Shown: piece after piece, positions 30,517-42,311 of the stretch
Numbering within the stretch: the first letter of the stretch is position 1
Layout: each line of letters starts with the position of its first letter
Assembly (NCBI GenBank): GCA_965205675.1
Contig: OZ242186.1
Span: forward strand, 512,001 to 576,000
Source of the DNA: Nitrosopumilus sp.
GTDB taxonomy: Archaea; Thermoproteota; Nitrososphaeria; Nitrososphaerales; Nitrosopumilaceae
Direction: 5' to 3'
DNA length: 64,000 nucleotides
Made by a program: the position numbers and the translations under genes
Notes under the pieces: model-generated
The model's input: the letters and a program-made list of their open reading frames with translations, nothing else
What the model was told of the DNA's origin: nothing
The model's database searches: none

Positions 30517-30870
30517 ATGGGTGATATCAAACAAGTAATCGCTGTTAGAACTGATCTTGACATGGGAAAAGGCAAGATTGCCGTACAAGTAGGACATGCT
30601 TGTGTTTTAGGTGCAGAGCACGTTAGAAAATCCCATTCTGAATGGTGGAATGAATGGTGGAATGGACAAGAAAAAGTAGTTGTCAAAGTCTCTGGAATAA
30701 AAGAACTGCAAGACGTCAAAAGACATGCAATTGATTTGAATCTACCTTGGTCTGAAATCTCTGATGCTGGTCATACTCAATTAGCTCCTGGAACTACAAC
30801 ATGTATATCCATTGGCCCAGCGCCTGAGAATTTGATTGATAAAGTTACTGGCGATTTGAAATTACTCTGA
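30517..30870 (+). CDS. pth2: Peptidyl-tRNA hydrolase Pth2
   Basis: VRTDLDMGKGKIAVQVGHA, DAGHTQ, GPAP, VTGDLKLL. Confidence 0.95.
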   Translation: MGDIKQVIAVRTDLDMGKGKIAVQVGHACVLGAEHVRKSHSEWWNEWWNGQEKVVVKVSGIKELQDVKRHAIDLNLPWSEISDAGHTQLAPGTTTCISIGPAPENLIDKVTGDLKLL

Positions 30871-30910
30871 TTCTATAAGAGATATTAACTGTCTGTCCTA
30901 CAGCAAATTT

Positions 30911-32515
30911 ATGAAAAAACAACTCAAAGGAATTTTAGCATTTATTTTCCTAGGTGGAATCATGGTGACTTCTGGAGTTGTTATTGCATTTCCTGGTGTT
31001 GATCCTGGTCTGGATTCTGCTGAAATTACAGTTACTGGAACTCCTGCTGATAATTTTCCAGATGAACAACGTGCACAGTTTTGTGGTTCAAGTGATGCAA
31101 AATCTACAACTTTTGTACAAGAATTTTCAATTCCTACTCCTTGTACAAACCCATTAGCAATTGTAACTGATTATGATGGAAATGTGTGGTTTACTCAAAC
31201 TAATACTGGCATGATAGCAAAATTTGATCCTACTACAGAAACGTTTACTGAATATGATAATTCACTATGGCCTCCAGGTGCACGTTCGATGATGTGGGGA
31301 ATTGATTATGCTCCTGATGGCTCTATCTGGTATACTGATGAGTCCTATGATTCGGTGTGGAAGTTTTCAACTATTGATGAAAAGTATGAACGATTATCAT
31401 ATCCATCAGAAGGTGATTCCTTACCTCAAAAACTCCTTGTTGATGGTTCTCAAATTATAATAAATGATTTTACTGGAAACAAACTTACTTTCCTAGATCC
31501 AACTCAATCTGGTGAAGATGTAAATTATCTTAGTATTCCATCTCCTATTGATAATTCTGTAACAGCAGATTTTGCAGTTGATGCAAATGACAATGTTTGG
31601 TTTACTAATTGGTTATATCAACTAGGTGGGGCTTTGGTGAAGTTTAACCAAAATGGATATCTTGAATCCGTTGCAAATTCAGGTGAACAATTCCTTCCAT
31701 TAATGGACTTTATCGAAATCTATCAATTACCTGAAACCTTTCTTACTCCAAATGGCGCTGTAGTTGGAGATGATGGAATGATATGGCTAGCTGATACTTC
31801 TTCTTCGTCATTCTTTAGTTTTGATCCTGTGACTGAAACCTTTGTACAATACGTAACATCTGATCCTCTTTTGAGTACTTATGGTAATCAGACTGGAATT
31901 GTGAAAACTCCAATATCTCGACCATATTGGATTGAATCAGATGCTCAAGGTAGAATTATTTTCAATGAACAGACTGCAAATAACATCTCTGTATTAGATC
32001 CTAAATCCCAATCTCTTGTAGAATATCACGTTCCTTCAAAGAATCCAAACTGGGGTGATTGTGATCCTGGTACTGGTGTGATGCTTGCAGATTGTGGTGT
32101 TGCCCAAATTTTTGATTTTACAGTTGATGGTGAAAAAATTTGGTTTACTGAATGGGTTGAAAACAATATTGGAGTAGTTGACACTTCTCTGCCTTTACCT
32201 GTTGAAATTCAATTAGAATCAAATGAATTGAATTTGTCTCCTGGAGCCTCTCAGCACTTTAACTTTATTGTGTATCCTTTATCTGACAATGATTTAGATG
32301 TTGATTTAATTTTATCTCCAACTCATGATTTCTTGAAAGTTGATCTTGATCATGATAATCCTACTTCATTTCAATTAGACTTTGATGCTCCTAGACCTAT
32401 TCACAGTACTATCTCTGCTTCTGAAGGTGCATTATCTGGTACTTACAAAATTCTAGTTGGTGCACAATCTCCGGATGTTGCAATTAGTAAATACATTACA
32501 GTGACAATAGAGTGA
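30911..32515 (+). CDS. Secreted virginiamycin B lyase (Vgb)-like beta-propeller protein
   Basis: Signal peptide; repeated DGNVWFT / DGSIWYT / GEKIWFTE blades. Confidence 0.8.
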   Translation: MKKQLKGILAFIFLGGIMVTSGVVIAFPGVDPGLDSAEITVTGTPADNFPDEQRAQFCGSSDAKSTTFVQEFSIPTPCTNPLAIVTDYDGNVWFTQTNTGMIAKFDPTTETFTEYDNSLWPPGARSMMWGIDYAPDGSIWYTDESYDSVWKFSTIDEKYERLSYPSEGDSLPQKLLVDGSQIIINDFTGNKLTFLDPTQSGEDVNYLSIPSPIDNSVTADFAVDANDNVWFTNWLYQLGGALVKFNQNGYLESVANSGEQFLPLMDFIEIYQLPETFLTPNGAVVGDDGMIWLADTSSSSFFSFDPVTETFVQYVTSDPLLSTYGNQTGIVKTPISRPYWIESDAQGRIIFNEQTANNISVLDPKSQSLVEYHVPSKNPNWGDCDPGTGVMLADCGVAQIFDFTVDGEKIWFTEWVENNIGVVDTSLPLPVEIQLESNELNLSPGASQHFNFIVYPLSDNDLDVDLILSPTHDFLKVDLDHDNPTSFQLDFDAPRPIHSTISASEGALSGTYKILVGAQSPDVAISKYITVTIE

Positions 32516-33708
32516 TACCTGACTTAGACTCTCAAATTGGGATTTCTATATACAGTACAAATTTTGATGGCATTGGAGGTAAAATTCGAGTTACGCCTGA
32601 AGATTTTCAAGTAAATGAATTAATTTCTGAAAAAGCTACAAAGTCAATTAATGATCAAAATGGTTATGCTGTGTATAAATTAAAAAAGAAAAAAATTGAT
32701 ACTAATCATGCACTATCTGGAATTTTTAAACAAAAAGGTATACGCCTAAAGTCTCTTGGCTTAAAAGATGCCTCAGCTATAACTGAACAATTTGTATGCT
32801 CTGTAAACAAAGGTAGGCCCATAGAGAATTTCTCAAGTGACAAATACTCTCTTGAACATTTGGGTTTTGTAAAAAAACCTTTATCCAAAAAAGATATGAT
32901 TGGCAATCATTTCAAATTAAAAATTTCTAACTCTCAAAACCCTCTGAAATCTTTTACAGATTATGATAAGGTTCTTAATTTTTATGGTTATCAGCGATTT
33001 GGATCACAAAGACCCGTCACCCATCTCATTGGTAAGGCTATCTTGCAGCGTGATTTTGATAAATCCATTGATTTGATTTTGTCTTTTACTTCTTCTTATG
33101 ATTCTAAAGAAAATACTGAAATTCGTGAAAAGCTCTCTGATAAGGCAAATTATGAACAATACTTTGACAAAGTTCCATTTCAGATGGATATTGAAAGAAT
33201 TGTTCTAAAAGAAATGATTGAACATGGAGATTCTATACGTGCTATTCGTGCAATACCTGTCTCGTTAAGGCGATTCTATGTCCAATCTTATCAGTCTTTT
33301 ATTTTTAATCAGTCTCTAAGTAGTGCATTTTTAGATGGTGAAAGCCTCTTTGAAGCACGTTCTGGAGATGTTTGTTTTGATCATCATGGGATTATTGGCA
33401 AGTATGTCAAAGGACTGGATCAAAATTTAGCATTGCCTTTTGTTGGTTATTCGTATTACAAAAAAACACGATTCGATTTTCAAATCTCAAAAATTTTAGA
33501 ACAAGAAGAAATTTCTCCAAAAGATTTCTTTATCAAAGAAATGCAAGAAGTTAGCAGTGAAGGGGGGTTCAGACAAGCTGCAATACATTGTTCTAATTAT
33601 TTTGTATGTGATGATGTGGTTGAATTTTCATTATCTAGAGGCTCTTTTGCTACAATTTTGTTACGAGAAATAATGAAGCCTCAAAATCCTATAATTGCTG
33701 GTTTTTAA
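32512..33708 (+). CDS. truD: tRNA pseudouridine(13) synthase TruD
   Basis: PEDFQVNE, GLKDASAITEQ, NFYGYQRFG, QSFIFN, FSLSRGSFATILLRE. Confidence 0.93.
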   Translation: MIPDLDSQIGISIYSTNFDGIGGKIRVTPEDFQVNELISEKATKSINDQNGYAVYKLKKKKIDTNHALSGIFKQKGIRLKSLGLKDASAITEQFVCSVNKGRPIENFSSDKYSLEHLGFVKKPLSKKDMIGNHFKLKISNSQNPLKSFTDYDKVLNFYGYQRFGSQRPVTHLIGKAILQRDFDKSIDLILSFTSSYDSKENTEIREKLSDKANYEQYFDKVPFQMDIERIVLKEMIEHGDSIRAIRAIPVSLRRFYVQSYQSFIFNQSLSSAFLDGESLFEARSGDVCFDHHGIIGKYVKGLDQNLALPFVGYSYYKKTRFDFQISKILEQEEISPKDFFIKEMQEVSSEGGFRQAAIHCSNYFVCDDVVEFSLSRGSFATILLREIMKPQNPIIAGF

Positions 33709-33768
33709 GATCTATTTTACCAGAATAACTCTCCAGATGTCTTCAAGTTGGCTTGTTTTTAAGAAAAT

Positions 33769-33985
33769 ATGTTCTCAATAGAAAAAGCATACATGCTAAT
33801 TAGTTCTGAGATTAGGAAAGAACAAATCTTTATTCACAATTAAAAGAAATCCGTGAGGTCAAAAATTGTCTGATTATTTGTAAGTAGATACGATGTTGTA
33901 GCTGAATTTGTGACATGCTCTCCTTTCATAAATTAATGAAATAATCTCCTCTAAAATTAGAAATATGATTATTCTTCATATTACA
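33769..33985 (+). pseudogene. Frameshifted Lrp/AsnC ligand-binding-domain relic
   Basis: Fragments EKAYMLISSE, QLKEIREVKNC, YDVVAEFV and IISSKIR lie in different frames; compare the intact paralogue at 53754. Confidence 0.6.
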
Positions 33986-33987
33986 AA

Positions 33988-34191
33988 TTAATTTTTTCTA
34001 AAAACTAGAAATCCTACACTTGAAATGATAATTGATGCAATGATCATCAAGAATCCATAATCTGTCCATTTAGGATTTGAGTACATAAATGATGATTCTG
34101 GTCCAACTATAGATTGTCCTTGAAGATGAAAAATCAGCCCAAATATTCCTGTGGCGAGACCTATGATGATTAGTGTTGTTCCTCTCTGCAT
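33988..34191 (-). CDS. Small two-TM membrane protein
   Basis: Two hydrophobic segments around QGQSIVGPESSFMY. Confidence 0.65.
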   Translation of the reverse strand: MQRGTTLIIIGLATGIFGLIFHLQGQSIVGPESSFMYSNPKWTDYGFLMIIASIIISSVGFLVFRKN

Positions 34192-34294
34192 GATTTTTTT
34201 TCTTAATTCTACTAAAAAAGGGTAAACAGAATTGATAATTTGACCAAATGATTTTTGGATTTAGTTTTTAATTATTTTATTCCAAGTTCATAAA

Positions 34295-34981
34295 GTGTCT
34301 AATTGGAATGATTACAAAGAATCCCATATTCGTAGCCATCTTGGATTGATTCTATTCTCTGCTTCCGCATCTCTTGCTGTTATTTTATATATGATTTTCT
34401 ATCCTCAAATAGAGATCATTAATCGAGAATCTCCAATTCTAATTAACATCATGTTTATTCCTGCCATGGCTGTAGGATTTCTTTATGGTATTAGAATCAC
34501 TGAAAGGGCGGTTAATCCATCAGAAATCCGTAGTCCAATTAAAAGATCAATTGTTAAAATTTTCTTGTTCTTTTTTGTTATCGGTGGTATGTTTAGTTCT
34601 GTGAATTTTGCAATTAATGGCGGTAGTATAATGCCTGATGTTACATTATTAGAGGATGGATTGTTGTATTGGATAAATAATTTCATTACTGCAAATGGCG
34701 GTGCGACCTTTTTAATTATTACAAGTATTGGATTGATGGCAGCTGCTACAAAAAGAATTGTTGGTATGAGTTCTGGATTTGTAAATAGAATTGTAACCTT
34801 TGTCGGAACATTTGTGTTCTTTACAATGCTTGTTTTGAGTTTTACAAAATCTGATCCAACCTCATCTGGCGTATTCTTATATACTTTTTATCAAGCTGGA
34901 ATTGTAGGTGGTGCATTCTTTGCTATGAATCGTCTTACTAAAAAGCAAAATATGATCGAAGATTTTACACATGGGTTCTAA
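34295..34981 (+). CDS. Multi-pass membrane protein
   Basis: About six hydrophobic segments. Confidence 0.75.
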   Translation: MSNWNDYKESHIRSHLGLILFSASASLAVILYMIFYPQIEIINRESPILINIMFIPAMAVGFLYGIRITERAVNPSEIRSPIKRSIVKIFLFFFVIGGMFSSVNFAINGGSIMPDVTLLEDGLLYWINNFITANGGATFLIITSIGLMAAATKRIVGMSSGFVNRIVTFVGTFVFFTMLVLSFTKSDPTSSGVFLYTFYQAGIVGGAFFAMNRLTKKQNMIEDFTHGF

Positions 34982-34982
34982 T

Positions 34983-35231
34983 CTACTTTTCTAAATCTAC
35001 AAAAATCCCTGAGACCTTGTTGTTGATTCTATCCCAATATTTTTCACATCCATCTGTTTTGAAGTCATTTATCTTACATTCGTTAAAATGAGCAGTTTTC
35101 TCTCTTGATAAATCATCTGATAATAACACATCATCTGCTGTAAATAATGCTATAATCCCTATTGTTGCTAAACTGCTTGCAACTAAAATCATTGAATATC
35201 CTACTTTAGCATAGTTGTGTGGGTCTTTCAT
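34983..35231 (-). CDS. Small single-TM protein
   Basis: ATG start, one TM, Cys pair. Confidence 0.6.
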   Translation of the reverse strand: MKDPHNYAKVGYSMILVASSLATIGIIALFTADDVLLSDDLSREKTAHFNECKINDFKTDGCEKYWDRINNKVSGIFVDLEK

Positions 35232-35279
35232 TTATCTGAAATCTATAACTCTTGAATTTAATCTTTTCAAGTTAAGATT

Positions 35280-35840
35280 TTGCGATCTAATTGGGAAATT
35301 GTTTGCGAAAAGATGAAAAGACAGTACTTGAAAATACCTTCATTGAGTATTCAAATTCTCCAATATGAATTTCTTGGGCCTATTCCCCTTGTCGATTGGG
35401 GTCCTCCCATGGAGAAATTAGTTTATTTGATTTTATCTAAAAATGAGGACAAATTCAATATTGTTTATGTGGGTGAATGTGAAAAAACTGATGATGAGTC
35501 CTTTTTTGTCCAACATTCACAATACAAGTGCTGGATTGAACATTCAAAATCAGAACAATCATTACATCTGGCCATACTGCCTCTTTTTGACTCTAGTGTT
35601 GAGCATAGACAAAATATTCTATACAAAATAATTGCTCAGTACAAACCTTTATGCAATTCTAAGGATATTGTAGAAGAAAAGCCTTCATACATTGTTAGAA
35701 AATCTGAAGATGCTTCTGATGATCAGAAATTTTCTTGTCCTTGTTGTGGGGATGAAATGAAATTTGAAAAAGCTTTAGGAAAATCTACTTTGTATAGATG
35801 CACAAGTTGTAAACTAAGTGATACAAAACTTAATTCTTGA
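35280..35840 (+). CDS. GIY-YIG-like domain protein with C-terminal zinc ribbon
   Basis: LVYLIL...IVYVGE...YKPLCN; CPCC...CTSC; start possibly TTG near 35343. Confidence 0.6.
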   Translation: MRSNWEIVCEKMKRQYLKIPSLSIQILQYEFLGPIPLVDWGPPMEKLVYLILSKNEDKFNIVYVGECEKTDDESFFVQHSQYKCWIEHSKSEQSLHLAILPLFDSSVEHRQNILYKIIAQYKPLCNSKDIVEEKPSYIVRKSEDASDDQKFSCPCCGDEMKFEKALGKSTLYRCTSCKLSDTKLNS

Positions 35841-36063
35841 CCTTGTTTTGAACCTTAAACAATTGTAACGTTAACAAATCTAATGCTTTTTTCATGTGTT
35901 GAAATTCATTGATTGAATGCATTTGACCTTCTATTAGTGCTCTTTGTATTTTAATTGATTTTTTTTGAAATTCATCTGTTGCAACAATTTCCATAGCATT
36001 TAGTTTTGATAGTAAATTATCTAAATCCTTGATCATTTCATCTGATGGTTTATGTTTGTCCAT
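35830..36063 (-). CDS. Hypothetical helical protein
   Basis: 77-aa ORF with ATG start. Confidence 0.65.
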   Translation of the reverse strand: MDKHKPSDEMIKDLDNLLSKLNAMEIVATDEFQKKSIKIQRALIEGQMHSINEFQHMKKALDLLTLQLFKVQNKVKN

Positions 36064-36299
36064 GATTATATGAAATGATTTTGATATATGAATTATTACA
36101 AAAGTTCTTCGTCAATTTCTTGAATTGGATCTAAATATTGTTGGCATGTGCACATTGGAATTTGACATTTGCCTGCTTTCATAAGTGAATTACTATTTTC
36201 ATTTTTACTATGTGCTTCATTGGTGTGATGACATCTATTGCAATTCATATCCAAAATTCTGTATCCTAATATTTAAGCCCAAAATTATGTATATATCAA

Positions 36300-37101
36300 G
36301 CACTTTAGATGTATTTTGCCATCTCAGAAAACATATTCAATTTCCTTATTCTCCATGTCTCAAAGCACGTAAGAAATACAGATGGCATCCATCATTCCTT
36401 GATTATTTTTCATCTGTCCACGAACATTTCTTTGTATGATGCACTTTCGAATCGAATTCTCAGCATCATTGTTAGTTGATGGAACGTTACAATACATTAC
36501 AAATGTAAACAAACTGTTTCTTGCAGTTTTTAGTTTCTTGCCAAACTGAATCATTTTTTCATCATCTCCTACCATATATTGCTGTACGATACAATCTGTC
36601 TGGTTTAGCAAATCCCTTGCATGTCTTTTGTGTTGTTTCTCTAAATGTTCTTCTACACTCCAAACTCTTGCACAATATGGCACATCTGGGAACTCTCCAT
36701 AAAGAATTCTGACCTGCTTGTGTTTTGATTTTCTTGCCAGATGTTTTGCTTCACGTTGTAGTTGTGCAGTACATCTCTGTTTTACATTATCAGAAAATAC
36801 AGTTCTATATGGAGCGTATCCATCAGATACTAGAATTCCTGTAAATTCTTTCCAGTACTTTTTTAATATTTTAGAGCCCCTACTGCATTCCAAAACATAA
36901 TGAGCTTCTGGTTCTGTCCTTGCAACTTTGTTTTCTCCATTCAGGAGAATTGCTAGATGGCGGAGAATGTGGATTCTCATAGTAAGATAATCTTTTTTGC
37001 AAATCTTTGTTTGATTTTACTAATTCCCCTATGATTGCTTTGAGTTGTCGTATCTTCTCATGTAGTTGTAAGATAATTTTCTCATGACCACAATTTGACA
37101 T
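36300..37101 (-). pseudogene. Internally deleted, frameshifted IS66-family transposase
   Basis: Coiled coil + NPHSPPSS N-terminus joined directly to SRG...LVSDGY...QRC...PSTNNDAENSIR core; Zn finger and middle region missing; left boundary approximate. Confidence 0.8.
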
Positions 37102-37310
37102 GTGCTGTCTAACAAATATTCATGACTCAAAATCTTCCAAATTATGCTAATTCCTGAAATTTAAACTTGAATCTACAATGTACGTAAATCGAGTTCAAAA
37201 TAGGGTGACGAATTTTTGTTATTGAGTATGTGTTGTAGAATGATTTAGTTGATCTTAGATTTTTTTGTGTAATGGTATTGATTTATGTGTGAAGCTTGAT
37301 ACATACAAAA

Positions 37311-38348
37311 TTATGGTATTAACACTGCTCTAGCTTCAATTTCTGAATATTTTAATTTTTTCAATACCTCATTTGCTTTTTCTAATGGAAAAACTTGTGA
37401 TATGACCTCGATATTTTTTTCCTGACATATTTTGATAACTTGCTCCATGTCTTTTGTTGAACCTATCAATGTGCCTCTAATTGTTTTTTCTTCAAATGCC
37501 ATAAATTGTGGGTTTTCCCCGACTGTGGCAATTACAATCAATCCTCCTTTTTTTACTGATTTTATGGCAGTATCTGTTACAATGTCTGCTGGTGCAAATA
37601 CAATTGCTGCATCAAGTAATCCGTGTTTTTCTTTTAATTTCTCTAGAAATTCCCGTTGATTTTCAGAAAATGTTATTGCGTCACTTGCTCCTAATCTTTT
37701 TGCTACTTTGAGATGGTTTTGTGATCTAGAAAATGCAATAATGTCACAATCTTCTATTTTGGCAAACTGTATTGCCATGTGACCAACTCCTCCAATTCCA
37801 AAAATCCCTATTTTTTTATTTGGTTTTGGTTCTGCAGCTTTTACTGCTTTGTATGCTGTAATCCCTGCACAAAATAATGGTGCAGCATATTCTGCTTTCA
37901 TATCTTCTGGAATTTTTGTTGCAAAGTCTTCTACAACTGTAATATATTCTGCATATCCTCCTTTGAAAGATTCTCCTGTGATTATTGATGATTCACAAAG
38001 GTATTCTTTTCCTTCTTCACAATATTGACATTCCTTACATGCTTCTAATAATGGAGTAATGCCTACTCTATCTCCGATTTTAAATTTTGTTACTTTATCT
38101 CCTACTTGGGTTATTTTACCTACTACTTCATGTCCTGGAACTGTTGGCAATGTTGGTGGAATTCCAATATCTTTCCAATCTCCTTCAATTCCGTGAAGTT
38201 GTGAATGACAGACTCCACAAGCTTCTATTTTTATTAGAATTTCATTTGATCTTTTTATTTCATGTTTGTCTATTTCAGTAAGTTTTAACGGACTTGTTTC
38301 TATTTTTGCACATTCAGAAAGTATCATTGCTCGCATTTTATTCATCAT
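37311..38348 (-). CDS. Zinc-dependent alcohol dehydrogenase (MDR family)
   Basis: CGVCHS, PGHEVVG, CKECQYC...C, APLFCAGIT, GIGGVG. Confidence 0.92.
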   Translation of the reverse strand: MMNKMRAMILSECAKIETSPLKLTEIDKHEIKRSNEILIKIEACGVCHSQLHGIEGDWKDIGIPPTLPTVPGHEVVGKITQVGDKVTKFKIGDRVGITPLLEACKECQYCEEGKEYLCESSIITGESFKGGYAEYITVVEDFATKIPEDMKAEYAAPLFCAGITAYKAVKAAEPKPNKKIGIFGIGGVGHMAIQFAKIEDCDIIAFSRSQNHLKVAKRLGASDAITFSENQREFLEKLKEKHGLLDAAIVFAPADIVTDTAIKSVKKGGLIVIATVGENPQFMAFEEKTIRGTLIGSTKDMEQVIKICQEKNIEVISQVFPLEKANEVLKKLKYSEIEARAVLIP

Positions 38349-38738
38349 TTTAGAGATTTATCATGCTTGTTTTAACTTTTAAGACACTTGACAAATGTTA
38401 TTAATTTTATGTTTGATATTGGTGGGATTATATGCCCTCCTGGCATCATCCATACTCTCCCTACTGAGAATTATTGAATATGAGCATATTCACATTGTCT
38501 GTTAAATATCCTGCCTCTGAAACACTGTGCTCCACTGTTATTTTCAATACGTGATATACTCTTATTTCATCAATTTGTCCTAGTTCCCCAACAAACTCTT
38601 GAATTGTTTTCCGAGGATTAATTGAGGAGATGTCGGCTACTGTAGACATGACTGCCTTTACTAGTTGATAATTTCTAAATCTTGCATTGTCCTGTTATTA
38701 CACTAAGATTTATTTGCAAAATTAACAAAACATTGACT

Positions 38739-38972
38739 ATGAGTAAAATCACTGATGAGGATCGTGAACGTGTTAAATTATTACAATTAGTCACTAGTTC
38801 TAAACATGAATTCAAAAAACTTACTTTGGAGCAATTAAAACGACTTCAAGAGTTAGTTGAAAAAAAGGATTATAGCTATGATAAAAAAGCCCATAAATCC
38901 AAAGTAAAGTTGCTAGGAAAAATTAATGTTAGAATTTATGAATTAACTGAAGGTAAGGGTATATGGAACTAA
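38739..38972 (+). CDS. Small basic hypothetical protein
   Basis: ATG at 38739; in tandem with the next gene. Confidence 0.65.
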   Translation: MSKITDEDRERVKLLQLVTSSKHEFKKLTLEQLKRLQELVEKKDYSYDKKAHKSKVKLLGKINVRIYELTEGKGIWN

Positions 38973-39013
38973 CATCCAATTAAGTACAAATATTCAAACA
39001 AATCTGATAAACT

Positions 39014-41041
39014 ATGGTAGAAAATAATCTTATTCATGAAAGTAGTCCGTATTTACTTCAACATGCGCATAATCCTGTTGATTGGTATGGATGGAATGAT
39101 ATTGCATTACAAAAAGCTAAAGAAGAAAACAAACCCATTTTCCTAAGTATCGGATATAGTTCTTGTCATTGGTGCCATGTAATGGCACATGAATCATTTG
39201 AAAATAAAGAAGTTGCTAAATTTATGAATGAAAATTTTATCAACATAAAAGTTGACAGAGAAGAAAGACCTGACATTGATGATATTTATCAAAAAGTTTG
39301 TCAGATAGCTACTGGTCAAGGTGGATGGCCGTTAAGCATTTTTCTAACTCCTGATCAAAAACCATTCTATGTTGGAACTTATTTTCCTGTTTTAGATTCC
39401 TATGGACGTTCTGGATTTGGAAGTATTTGTAGACAACTCTCACAAGCATGGAGTGAAAAACCAAAAGATATTGAATATTCTGCTGAACGATTCATTGGTG
39501 CATTAAACAAAACTGAAAAAATTCAAATTCCTTCAAAATTAGAACGAACAATTCTAGATGAAGCAGCTATGAATTTGTTTCAATTAGGTGATGCAACATA
39601 TGGTGGGTTTGGCTCTGCTCCTAAATTCCCTAACGCTGCCAATATTTCATTTCTATTTAGATATGCAAAACTCTCTGGGTTAAGCAAATTCAATGAATTT
39701 GCGCTCAAAACCCTCAAAAAAATGGCTAATGGAGGCATCTTTGATCAAATCGGTGGGGGTTTTTCTAGATATTCTACAGATGCAAAATGGCTGGTTCCAC
39801 ACTTTGAGAAAATGCTTTATGATAATGCGTTAATCTCTGTAAACTATGCAGAAGCATACCAAATCACTAAAGATCCTTTTTACTTGGATGTTTTAAGAAA
39901 AACTCTTGATTTTGTTTTACATGAAATGACTTCTTCTGAAGGTGGGTTTTATTCTGCATATGATGCTGATTCTGAAGGAATCGAGGGAAAGTATTATGTG
40001 TGGAAAAAAAATGAAATCAAAGAAATTCTTGAAAGTGATGCTGATTTATTTTGTTTATACTATGATGTAACTGATGGTGGTAATTGGGAAGGAAATAATA
40101 TTCTATGTAATAATCTTAATATTTCCACGGTCGCTTTTAATTTTGGAATATCTGAATCTGAAGTTGCCAAAGTTTTAAAATCTTGTTCAGAAAAACTACT
40201 TAAAGTTCGCTCTACTAGAATTCCTCCTGGATTAGATGACAAAGTACTTGTTTCATGGAATTCATTGATGATTACGGCTTTTGCCAAAGGTTATCGTGTT
40301 ACAGGTGATGTTAAATATCTTGATGTTGCAAAAAATTGCATTTCTTTTATAGAAAAAAACCTTTTTGTAGATGGCAAACTTTTGCGAACTTATAAAAATA
40401 AAACTGCAAAAATTGATGGCTATCTAGAAGATCATTCTTATTTTATCAATGCACTACTTGATATTTTTGAAATTGAACCTGATGAAAAATATCTTAAATT
40501 GTCTTTGAAATTGGGCCATCATTTAGTAAATCATTTTTGGGATGCTGAAAATAACAATTTCTTTATGACTTCTGATGATCACGAAAAATTAATTATTCGT
40601 CCAAAAAGCAATTATGATTTATCTTTGCCTTCTGGTAATTCTGTATCTGCTTTTGTAATGCTCAGACTGTATCATCTTTCCCAAGAACAAATTTTTCTTG
40701 AAATTACTACAAAAATAATGGAATCTCAGGCACAAATGGCTGCTGAAAATCCCTTTGGATTTGGGTATTTGCTAAATACGATTTCAATGTATATTCAAAA
40801 ACCTGTAGAACTTACAATCATTAATCCTGAAAATTCTGAAATATGCCAATCTCTTCTTTCAGATTATCTACCTAATTCTCTTTTAATCACAATTCAAAAT
40901 TCTTCACAATTAGAAAACTTGTCTAAATATCCTTTCTTTGCAGGCAAGTCATTTGAAGATAAAACAACTGTATTTGTTTGTAAAGATTTTACTTGTTCTT
41001 TACCTCTACACACACTTGATGAAATAAAATCCCTTCTTTAG
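39014..41041 (+). CDS. YyaL/SSP411-family thioredoxin-domain protein
   Basis: [56 protein letters not shown]. Confidence 0.93.
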   Translation: MVENNLIHESSPYLLQHAHNPVDWYGWNDIALQKAKEENKPIFLSIGYSSCHWCHVMAHESFENKEVAKFMNENFINIKVDREERPDIDDIYQKVCQIATGQGGWPLSIFLTPDQKPFYVGTYFPVLDSYGRSGFGSICRQLSQAWSEKPKDIEYSAERFIGALNKTEKIQIPSKLERTILDEAAMNLFQLGDATYGGFGSAPKFPNAANISFLFRYAKLSGLSKFNEFALKTLKKMANGGIFDQIGGGFSRYSTDAKWLVPHFEKMLYDNALISVNYAEAYQITKDPFYLDVLRKTLDFVLHEMTSSEGGFYSAYDADSEGIEGKYYVWKKNEIKEILESDADLFCLYYDVTDGGNWEGNNILCNNLNISTVAFNFGISESEVAKVLKSCSEKLLKVRSTRIPPGLDDKVLVSWNSLMITAFAKGYRVTGDVKYLDVAKNCISFIEKNLFVDGKLLRTYKNKTAKIDGYLEDHSYFINALLDIFEIEPDEKYLKLSLKLGHHLVNHFWDAENNNFFMTSDDHEKLIIRPKSNYDLSLPSGNSVSAFVMLRLYHLSQEQIFLEITTKIMESQAQMAAENPFGFGYLLNTISMYIQKPVELTIINPENSEICQSLLSDYLPNSLLITIQNSSQLENLSKYPFFAGKSFEDKTTVFVCKDFTCSLPLHTLDEIKSLL

Positions 41042-41358
41042 ATTTTCTTTAAATCTGTTGCAATAATATTTCCAACTTGTGGTTTGCCCATGCTGTCATA
41101 TCTTGATTTTGGCATTGTAATTGTCATTTGAGTTTGTTGATATGATTTGATATTTACTTTTGGTTGTGCTTGTAAAATAGCTTCTAATAATGGCATTACT
41201 TGCTCTTTAGTGTCTGAATCTAAGTTTTTTGCAACATTTTCAATGATCATTTGTTGTTGTGATACTGGCTCAGTTGAAATATTCTCAATTAAAGTTAATT
41301 GAATTATCTGCCCATTATCTATTATTTGTGTAATTTTAAATTCATTTGTAGCTGACAT
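41038..41358 (-). CDS. Hypothetical protein
   Basis: 106-aa ORF with ATG start. Confidence 0.65.
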   Translation of the reverse strand: MSATNEFKITQIIDNGQIIQLTLIENISTEPVSQQQMIIENVAKNLDSDTKEQVMPLLEAILQAQPKVNIKSYQQTQMTITMPKSRYDSMGKPQVGNIIATDLKKI

Positions 41359-41388
41359 AATTATGCTTATTTTGACAATGATTTATCT

Positions 41389-41481
41389 TTAACGTATTGA
41401 AAAATATAATGCTATTACTGCTGTTGCCACTGCTGATGATACTCCTAACCCAAAAATAATTTTACTCCCATCAATATTCAT
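41389..41481 (-). CDS. Putative 30-aa single-TM microprotein
   Basis: MNIDGSKIIFGLGVSSAVATAVIALYFSIR*; TTTAAT box about 30 nt upstream; below the ORF-track cutoff. Confidence 0.5.
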   Translation of the reverse strand: MNIDGSKIIFGLGVSSAVATAVIALYFSIR

Positions 41482-41662
41482 GATTACTTGTTCATAATAA
41501 TCACAATTAAACTGTAGTGGTTTTAAAAATAATACTAATGATCTCCATGCAATGTTTTAATAGCAATTTACCTTTGTCTATTACCCTACACTAGGTATAT
41601 TTTGTGCATATGTGATGGCCCAACTAAAAAGGAGTCACAAGAATGTTCCCTTTGGGGGTTTC

Positions 41663-42013
41663 TTAATTATCGTCTTTCTCTAAATCTATATTTTTAAGCT
41701 TACCTTCAGTTTTGTTATTTACTATGCCTTGTTTTGATGGGCCCAGAATGGCTTTTTTGATTATCGCTGCTCTTTCTTTTATAATTTGATTGAATTCTTT
41801 TATATCTTCTAAACCTGGTGTTTGTTGTTGATTTTGATATGCTTGTAAAAACCCAGAATATACACATCCTGTAATAATTCCAAATGCTGTGTCTGGTATT
41901 GATTCTATCTCAGGAACAAAATTCTCTGCAATTTGTTTGTATGATTTTGATTCACTAATGTAATAGTCGATTAAACTATCTATGAATTCTTTATTTTCTT
42001 TTGAAATCGTCAT
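41663..42013 (-). CDS. Hypothetical protein
   Basis: 116-aa ORF, DTAFGIITG motif. Confidence 0.7.
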   Translation of the reverse strand: MTISKENKEFIDSLIDYYISESKSYKQIAENFVPEIESIPDTAFGIITGCVYSGFLQAYQNQQQTPGLEDIKEFNQIIKERAAIIKKAILGPSKQGIVNNKTEGKLKNIDLEKDDN

Positions 42014-42311
42014 ATCTCTACACTTCTTGATTTTCTAGTTTATTTAATTGTCTTTTTTGAGATTACAATTGGATATTAGAATATTTAAGCAATAAAATCA
42101 TAGTTTCTGTTAAGTAATCGAAACTTTTCATAAAATCTTTTTGCAGTGTTGCCAACATGTGGATTTTATCTTTAGTATTAAAGAATTAACTTGATGTTTT
42201 GTTTTTAGAACTTCATTTTGTTACATGTATTTGATATTTTTCATATCTTTCTCTGATTAATTCATAAATTTTGATTAATCATTTATTTATTAATAAATTA
42301 CTTTCAAATTA

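Noticed and set aside
36100-36200. Possible IS66 terminal repeat (AAGTGAATTAC)
   Set aside because: Wrong orientation for the relic's downstream end, and no matching partner found.
38461-38649. 62-aa ORF upstream of the alcohol dehydrogenase
   Set aside because: No recognisable family; may be a fragment; insufficient support.
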